In this document: positions 57,673 to 64,000 of the stretch, one piece after another
How positions within the stretch are numbered: position 1 is the first letter of the stretch
Layout of the letters: every line of letters starts with the position of its first letter
Source: Bdellovibrionota bacterium
Lineage (GTDB): Bacteria > Bdellovibrionota > UBA1018 > CAIPTA01 > JAALKR01
Reading direction: 5' to 3'
Assembly: GCA_965207455.1 (NCBI GenBank)
Contig: CBDBMJ010000001.1
Span: forward strand, 480,001-544,000
Length of the DNA stretch: 64,000 nucleotides
Notes under the pieces: model-generated
What the model saw: the letters and a program-made list of their open reading frames with translations, nothing else
The model's database searches: none
What the model was told of the DNA's origin: nothing
Program-made: the position numbers and the translations under genes

Positions 57673-58749
57673 ATGAGCCTAGAAATAAACAAAAACGAAA
57701 ATAAAAAGAAAGCATTGGAACTTGCCATTCAATCTATTGAGAAACAGTTTGGACGGGGAAGTGTGATGAAACTTGGAGATAATAAGAAGATGTGTGAGGG
57801 AGTGCAGGTGATTCCCACAGGTTCTCTATCATTGGATATTGCCTTAGGTATTGGAGGGGTTCCCAGGGGAAGGGTCATGGAAGTGTTTGGTCCAGAATCG
57901 TCTGGAAAAACAACTCTCGCTTTACAGATAGTGGCAGAATGTCAGAAAAAAGGCGGCACCGCAGTCTTTATTGATGCGGAACATGCCTTGGATGTTAAGT
58001 ACGCTGAAAAGCTTGGTGTAAACACGAAAGAACTTTTAATTAGTCAGCCAGATACAGGTGAGCAAGCCCTAGAGATTGCAGACATGCTAGTGAAAAGTTC
58101 TGGAGTGGATATCATTGTTGTGGACTCAGTTGCTGCCTTGGTTCCACGTGCAGAGTTGGAAGGAGATATGGGTGATCATCAGATGGGTGCGCAGGCACGT
58201 CTTATGAGTCAAGCCCTACGAAAGCTCACGGGCTCCATTCATAAAACAGGGGTTCTCATGCTATTCATTAACCAAATTCGTATGAAAATAGGAGTAATGT
58301 TTGGCAATCCAGAAACGACTACTGGTGGTAATGCATTAAAATTTTATGCATCCATACGGTTGGATATTCGGCGCATTGGCACCATTAAGGGAGGCGAAGA
58401 AGGTGCAGTGGGCAATCGAACACGTGTCCGTGTAGTAAAAAATAAAATGGCCCCACCCTTTAAAACAGTGGAGTTCGACATTCTCTATGACGAAGGTATT
58501 TCCAAAGAAGGCGATATTTTGGACCTTGCGACCAATGCGGGGATTATTAAAAAGAGTGGCACTTGGTTTGCGTACGGAGAAGAGCGTTTGGGACAGGGAC
58601 GTGAAAAGGTGCGGAAATTATTTAAGGAGCAACCTAAGCTTTGTGAGGAAATAAGGGCAAAGGTATTGCAGGCATCGGGTCTTGAGGGCACATCAACGAA
58701 AGAGACTGGAAACAAGACAGATAAAAAAGAAAATACTCTCAAGCACTGA
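57673..58749 (+). CDS. recA: Recombinase RecA
   Basis: [40 protein letters not shown]. Confidence 0.99.
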   Translation: MSLEINKNENKKKALELAIQSIEKQFGRGSVMKLGDNKKMCEGVQVIPTGSLSLDIALGIGGVPRGRVMEVFGPESSGKTTLALQIVAECQKKGGTAVFIDAEHALDVKYAEKLGVNTKELLISQPDTGEQALEIADMLVKSSGVDIIVVDSVAALVPRAELEGDMGDHQMGAQARLMSQALRKLTGSIHKTGVLMLFINQIRMKIGVMFGNPETTTGGNALKFYASIRLDIRRIGTIKGGEEGAVGNRTRVRVVKNKMAPPFKTVEFDILYDEGISKEGDILDLATNAGIIKKSGTWFAYGEERLGQGREKVRKLFKEQPKLCEEIRAKVLQASGLEGTSTKETGNKTDKKENTLKH

Positions 58750-58759
58750 AATAACCGTG

Positions 58760-58800
58760 AAAAGCCACCCTTATAAGATGGGTGGCTTTTTATTTTTTTT
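58760..58800 (+). terminator. Rho-independent terminator of recA
   Basis: AAAAGCCACCC-N9-GGGTGGCTTTT followed by a T run. Confidence 0.9.
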
Positions 58801-58830
58801 TGCGACCCACGGAAATATGATTTATGCTAG

Positions 58831-60696
58831 TTGTGTATGTCGCATTTTCTTCGTTTTCTTCTAGTCCTTTGTTTTCTTGCCACCCCCATTGCTTGGTGTC
58901 AAAGAGGGGGTTCGTCTCAGAGGTCAGATACTGACGAAACGAAAATCCCGGGTCCATTCCATAGTTCAAATGGGCTGGTAAAAACAGCAGACCTTTTACT
59001 CCATCGCTATAAAAATTCTGTGGTGGAGGTGACCACACACGATGGAGTTGGGCACGAAATTAGTTCCAACATGGGAGTGGCAGTGGGGATTACTGCCAAC
59101 GGGCTACAAAAGGGTGAGAGTATTTATATTGCCACAGCTCTTTCTCTTATTCCCAAAAATGCAAGACAATGGATCGATACCATTAAGATTAAGCATTATT
59201 CCGGGACTACCTATACGGGCCGTGTTGCTCTAGTGGATGAAAAAAGAAATTTAATTCTTATCAAGCCGAAGAATCAACCAGCTGGGATTCGTTTTATAGA
59301 TCCGTCCAACGAAAGGCCTTTGATGGATATTATTACCATTTATTTTGAAAAAGATAGTAAGAAAAAAATTGAACCTATTGCATTGAAAGGTGTATTAGCT
59401 GCTGTGGATGTAAAGGCAGGAACACTAGCGATTACTGGAGAAGATATCAATAAGTTGCGACCGGGAACAGCGGTTTTAAATACGCAAGGGCAGTTGGTGG
59501 GCATGCTTCTCCCCAATTCCGTTGGTATATTGTCCTCTGCTATTCTTGATGCGATTTTGAGATTAAAATCAAAAACTGCCTTCCATCCCCGACTCTTAAA
59601 TGTGGTATTGGGGCAGGGAGTTTTAGTGGATCCTAATATAAAAGATGCCTATCCCACCATAGAAAGTGCGATTGAAGCGATTAAACAGGGAAAGGCGCCT
59701 AAAGCACAACCTCAATATTATATACAATCCAAGAAAAAGAAAAAAGGTTTCAATCAAGTGATACTAAAAGTATCCAAGGGAAAATATAAATTAAAAAAAG
59801 CAATCTCTTTGCCATCCAATCTTTCTTTTACTGGTGTGAGTTCCAAAGAGACCATGCTCTATGGTACAGATCCAAAATACAATGTGATTGATGTTAGGAA
59901 CGCAAAGAATGTGTCCATTTCCAACTTTCAGATATTCCCACCCATTGGTCAAAAAAAAGCTACCCTATCTATTAGGAACTCCCAAGAAATAAGTCTTACT
60001 GGAAATGTAATACGATCGAAGGGATCACAAGCTATCTATGCATTGCGATCAAAAAAAGTATCTATCCAAGGTAATTCCTTTCCCTCTGGTGGGGAAAAAG
60101 CTATTTATTGTCAAAAATCTAATTTTATGGTGGAAGCCAATTCTTTTCTTGGAAAGTGGCCACAGGCACTTGCTGTGGGAAAGGGTTGCTATCTCCAAGC
60201 TCAGAATAATTTATTTCTTCAGAATCGTATTTCCATTGCGGTTTCAACTGAGAGTAAGCAGATTTCAATACAAAAAAATACTTTTTTGAATTCACAAGCA
60301 GGCATTCGGTTTTTTGGAAAAATTCCTAAAATGACTATAGAGGATAATATTTTCTTTAAAAATAAATTTTCTATTCTTACCACTCGCCCTATTCTCCCTA
60401 AAAAGATTGGTCGTAACGGTGCATGGAAAAGTTTTGCCTTCCATAACAATAAAAAAATAAATGATTTAGATTTCATTATAGGGCGGTCCGATTTTCGTAG
60501 ACCACAGGACTACGATTTTCGTTTACTCCCAGGAAGCCCCCATGCAAAGACGGGGAGACCAGATGAGTCCAATGAAAATACGGATATGGGAGCTTTCCAA
60601 AGAGATTCTTTTTTAGGTACTTACACACTTGAATTTTTAAATACTCTAGAAGCGGTTACTGGAGAAAAAAATCTCGCAGCAATATGGAATTATTAA
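58831..60696 (+). CDS. Secreted protein: degenerate trypsin-like domain + right-handed beta-helix
   Basis: KNSVVEV, GRVALVDEKRNLILIK, AVLNTQGQLVGM; then YPTIESAIEA, GKYK, parallel beta-helix repeats, DFRLLPGSP and DMGAF. Confidence 0.75.
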   Translation: MCMSHFLRFLLVLCFLATPIAWCQRGGSSQRSDTDETKIPGPFHSSNGLVKTADLLLHRYKNSVVEVTTHDGVGHEISSNMGVAVGITANGLQKGESIYIATALSLIPKNARQWIDTIKIKHYSGTTYTGRVALVDEKRNLILIKPKNQPAGIRFIDPSNERPLMDIITIYFEKDSKKKIEPIALKGVLAAVDVKAGTLAITGEDINKLRPGTAVLNTQGQLVGMLLPNSVGILSSAILDAILRLKSKTAFHPRLLNVVLGQGVLVDPNIKDAYPTIESAIEAIKQGKAPKAQPQYYIQSKKKKKGFNQVILKVSKGKYKLKKAISLPSNLSFTGVSSKETMLYGTDPKYNVIDVRNAKNVSISNFQIFPPIGQKKATLSIRNSQEISLTGNVIRSKGSQAIYALRSKKVSIQGNSFPSGGEKAIYCQKSNFMVEANSFLGKWPQALAVGKGCYLQAQNNLFLQNRISIAVSTESKQISIQKNTFLNSQAGIRFFGKIPKMTIEDNIFFKNKFSILTTRPILPKKIGRNGAWKSFAFHNNKKINDLDFIIGRSDFRRPQDYDFRLLPGSPHAKTGRPDESNENTDMGAFQRDSFLGTYTLEFLNTLEAVTGEKNLAAIWNY

Positions 60697-60712
60697 AAAG
60701 AACGGAACCATA

Positions 60713-63403
60713 ATGAGAAAATTAAATTCTTCAGAAATACGTGAAGCATTTCTTAGTTATTTTGAACAACAGGGGCATTATAGGGAAAAATCAGCTTCCC
60801 TGCTTCCCACAAGCGATCCCACCATACTTTTTACTGTTGCGGGAATGGTGCCGTTCAAGAATGTATTTACAGGTATTGAAACCCGTCCTTATAAAAAAGC
60901 CACCACCTCTCAGCGATGTTTGCGAGCAGGTGGAAAGCATAACGATTTGGAGAATGTTGGTTTTACTGGACGGCACCATACGTATTTTGAAATGTTGGGA
61001 AATTTCTCCTTTGGTGATTATTTTAAAAAAGAAGCTATTCATTTTGCTTGGGATTTGGTGACTAATGTTTTCAAAATTCCCAAAGAAAAGCTCTATATAA
61101 CCATACACACTAAAGATGACCAATCATTTGACCTTTGGAATAAGCAGGAAAAAATACCTAAGGATCGAATTTTTCGTTTTGATAAAGATAATTTTTGGGC
61201 CGCAGGTGAAGTGGGTCCTTGTGGACCTTGCTCTGAAATTTTTTTCGACCGTGGAGAGGAATATAATACTGGAGATCCTGAGAAAGATTGTCTAGGTGGT
61301 GATGGCGATCGGTTTTTGGAAATATATAACCTAGTGTTTATGGAATATAACCGGGATGAAGGAGGAAAAATGTGGCCATTGCCCAAGCCTTCTGTGGATA
61401 CGGGTATGGGTCTAGAGCGCATGACCAGTGTTTTACAATGTACTCATACAAATTATGAAACAGATTTATTTATGCCAATTATTAAAGAAATCTCTAAATC
61501 TAGTGGCACTATTTATAATCCTAAAAAACAAGATGATATAGGGATTGCCACTCAAGTGATTGCAGACCATTTGCGAGCAATGAGTTTTCTTATTGCCGAT
61601 GGGCTTCTTCCTTCCAACGAAGGTGCAGGTTATGTGTTGCGAAGAATTTTACGACGTGCAGTCCGTTATGGTAAAAAATTAGGATTTACGAAACCCTTTC
61701 TATCTAATTTTGTGCCCATATTGGCAAAACAAATGGAAAAAGCTCATCCTGTTTTGCAGAAAAACCTTTCCTTAGTACAGAGGGTACTGAAATCTGAAGA
61801 AGAGAAATTTTTTGTTACATTGGAAAGAGGCCTACAAATTCTTCAGGAAGAAATGAAAAAACTGAAAAAAGAAGAAGCGCTATCGGGAAATATAGCTTTT
61901 CTTCTCTATGATAGCTTTGGATTTCCTTTGGATCTTACTCAAGTCATTACACAAGAAAATGGGCATGGCGTGGATGAAGCAGGTTTTTTAAAATGTATGG
62001 AAAAACAAAAGACTCAATCCAAAAAACAAAAAGCTCAGAAAGGTTCTGCTAAAGAATTGCTCTTATATAAGGAATTAATTCAGGAAGGATTAACGGTGGA
62101 GTTCACTGGTTATACCACAACAATAGATAAGGGAAAACTTCTAGCCTTAATCACAGAGGGTGGTCGTGTGAAAGAAGTGCGGGGCCCTGCTAAAATTCAA
62201 GCTATTTTCTCCCCATCACCTTTTTATGGCGAAAGTGGGGGACAGGTGGGAGATAAAGGCATTATATGTCTGGATACGTCCCAAGAATCTAAGCTTATGG
62301 AAGTGCATGATGTAAAGAAGTTCGATGATTTATCTATTATTCATGGTGAATTATTAGAGGGTAAATCGTTAGAGGTGGGAAAATTTTATCAACAATATGT
62401 AACTGAGATTTTACGAAAAAATACGGCTAAAAACCATTCCAGTACTCATATTCTACACTGGGCTTTACGAAAAGTTCTAGGTACTCATGTAAAACAAGCT
62501 GGTTCTTTAGTAAATGAGAGATTATTGCGTTTTGATTTTACCCACGATAAGGTCTTAGAACCCAAAGAGCTGGAAGAAATTGAATCTTTAGTAAATGAAT
62601 GTATTGAAAAGGAATGTTCTGTGGAAACAACAGTGAGTACACAGGAGGCTGCTATTAAAGCTGGGGCCATTGCCTTATTTGGAGAAAAATATGACGATAG
62701 GGTACGCGTTCTTCATATCGGTCCCTCTGTGGAACTTTGTGGAGGAACCCATGTGGAGAACACTGGACAAATTCGATTTTTTGTCATTACAGGAGAGACG
62801 GGAATTGCTGCTGGAACTCGACGAATAACAGCACTAACGGGAGTCCATGCTTTAGAGTATTTCCAAACTCATATCCAGACTATGAAGCAACTCCAAAATA
62901 TTTTACGAGTAAGTGGGCCTGGAGAGACCATGGATCGAGTGCAAAAGCTACAAGAACAAAACCAGCAAATAGAAAAACGCTTAGAGCGCTCCTTGGAACA
63001 AACAGCAATGTATTTAGCTCATAAAATTTCTACAACAAAAGAAATAAAAAAGAATATGGGTAAGTCAAGAATTCCTCTGATTGCCTATTACATTGGCAAG
63101 GAATTTGACTTACATTTCATACGTATGGTTTCCGATAAAGTTCGTCAAAACACTCCCCAAGGAGTTATTGCTCTTGCTGGAGAGGATAGAGGTAAGGCAT
63201 TTCTCCACGTTTCCGTGTCCAAGGATCTTAGCTCTCGTATACATGCAGGAAAAATTATTCAATCCGTATCCTCTTATATTGATGGCAGAGGGGGAGGGAA
63301 GGCAGAGGCAGCCCAAGCCAGTGGCACAAAAACACAGGGATTAAAGATTGCTTTAGAAAAAATTGAATCTACTCTAGAACTATCTTATTATTCAACATTA
63401 TAA
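60713..63403 (+). CDS. alaS: Alanine--tRNA ligase
   Basis: AGMVPFK, HHTYFEMLGNFSFGDYFK, DTGMGLER, NHSSTH, ELCGGTH, GRGGGK. Confidence 0.99.
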   Translation: MRKLNSSEIREAFLSYFEQQGHYREKSASLLPTSDPTILFTVAGMVPFKNVFTGIETRPYKKATTSQRCLRAGGKHNDLENVGFTGRHHTYFEMLGNFSFGDYFKKEAIHFAWDLVTNVFKIPKEKLYITIHTKDDQSFDLWNKQEKIPKDRIFRFDKDNFWAAGEVGPCGPCSEIFFDRGEEYNTGDPEKDCLGGDGDRFLEIYNLVFMEYNRDEGGKMWPLPKPSVDTGMGLERMTSVLQCTHTNYETDLFMPIIKEISKSSGTIYNPKKQDDIGIATQVIADHLRAMSFLIADGLLPSNEGAGYVLRRILRRAVRYGKKLGFTKPFLSNFVPILAKQMEKAHPVLQKNLSLVQRVLKSEEEKFFVTLERGLQILQEEMKKLKKEEALSGNIAFLLYDSFGFPLDLTQVITQENGHGVDEAGFLKCMEKQKTQSKKQKAQKGSAKELLLYKELIQEGLTVEFTGYTTTIDKGKLLALITEGGRVKEVRGPAKIQAIFSPSPFYGESGGQVGDKGIICLDTSQESKLMEVHDVKKFDDLSIIHGELLEGKSLEVGKFYQQYVTEILRKNTAKNHSSTHILHWALRKVLGTHVKQAGSLVNERLLRFDFTHDKVLEPKELEEIESLVNECIEKECSVETTVSTQEAAIKAGAIALFGEKYDDRVRVLHIGPSVELCGGTHVENTGQIRFFVITGETGIAAGTRRITALTGVHALEYFQTHIQTMKQLQNILRVSGPGETMDRVQKLQEQNQQIEKRLERSLEQTAMYLAHKISTTKEIKKNMGKSRIPLIAYYIGKEFDLHFIRMVSDKVRQNTPQGVIALAGEDRGKAFLHVSVSKDLSSRIHAGKIIQSVSSYIDGRGGGKAEAAQASGTKTQGLKIALEKIESTLELSYYSTL

Positions 63404-63438
63404 CGTGTTATAGTCACCCTTTATATTTTTCTTAGAAA

Positions 63439-63468
63439 TTGACAATAATTATCACTATAAATTATAAT
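63439..63468 (+). promoter_or_regulatory. Consensus sigma70 promoter
   Basis: TTGACA-N18-TATAAT. Confidence 0.65.
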
Positions 63469-63515
63469 TATAGTACTACAAGAATTATCCAAAATACTAA
63501 AAAAAAAGAGTTTTA

Positions 63516-64000
63516 ATGTCTTATCCACTAGCAGAGTTACTTAGAGAAGAAAATCTAATCACAGATGAACAGTTGACTTCTGCTGATGAAAATTTTGAAA
63601 AAACAAGAGAATCTCATCATATTTTTTTATTGCGCAGTAAGGCAGTTCAAGAGAAGAAAGTTTTGGAACTTTTTTGTAAGCGATACCGTATTCAGCCATT
63701 TGATCTTTCTAATTATACAATTGAACCAGAAGCATTGGGATTATTAAGTGAAGATGATGTGAGACGTTTTTCTATAATTCCTGTGGAGAAAACAGCAAAC
63801 TCTTTAATTGTTGCCATAGCAGATCCTCTTGCTTTGCAGAATTTAGATGATGTTAAATTTCTTACTCAGCTTAATGTGGAAGCTGTATTTGTTGTTTTCA
63901 GCGCTTTTGAAAAAGCTGTGGAAAAATATTACAGCTCTCAGCAAGCTATAGAAGATATAGAAGATATGAATGATATGGAAAATGCACCTGTGGAGGAAGA
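63516..64000 (+). CDS. pilB: Type IV pilus/T2SS assembly ATPase N-terminus (runs off window edge)
   Basis: Not in the ORF track. Manual translation MSYPLAELLREENLITDEQL...IIPVEKTANSLIVAIADPLALQNLDDVKFLTQLNVEAV...AVEKYY fits the T2SSE_N domain. Confidence 0.8.
   Translation, partial: MSYPLAELLREENLITDEQLTSADENFEKTRESHHIFLLRSKAVQEKKVLELFCKRYRIQPFDLSNYTIEPEALGLLSEDDVRRFSIIPVEKTANSLIVAIADPLALQNLDDVKFLTQLNVEAVFVVFSAFEKAVEKYYSSQQAIEDIEDMNDMENAPVEE

Noticed and set aside
1..64000. tRNA/rRNA genes, intact IS or prophage; the many short antisense ORFs in the track
   Set aside because: No cloverleaf, rRNA, transposase or phage structural motifs recognised by eye; the short ORFs overlap well-supported genes

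Overview
Bacterial chromosomal window, AT-rich and most consistent with a Bdellovibrionota/Oligoflexia-like organism. That assignment is an inference from the caa3 oxidase operon, fused GcvP, the TIGR04552-like gene and the many secreted RCC1/S8 proteins. Housekeeping blocks are fni, the SCO-coxBAC-subunit IV-ctaA-ctaB oxidase operon, rnhA-ahcY, nhaA, an osmoprotectant ABC transporter, gcvP/serC/fabD and pgpA-cinA-recA-alaS-pilB. They are interleaved with accessory secreted-protein loci. The most striking locus is a tightly packed 10-gene minus-strand operon (18306-29147). It encodes six paralogous secreted 4-Cys beta-proteins plus four accessory proteins, three of them Cys-rich, and is a candidate undescribed surface fibre/appendage system. 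One paralogue carries a triplicated RBS+ATG. Other notable items: a degenerate integrase islet bounded by 46-bp direct repeats, a giant Ig-repeat/RCC1 lipoprotein broken in one repeat unit, a CsgG/FlgT-like gene pair whose second member carries a subtilase domain lacking its catalytic Ser, a pseudo-trypsin/beta-helix gene at the usual recX position, and a 26-bp tandem repeat. No rRNA, tRNA or CRISPR array was recognised. All family assignments come from motif recognition by eye, not database searches.
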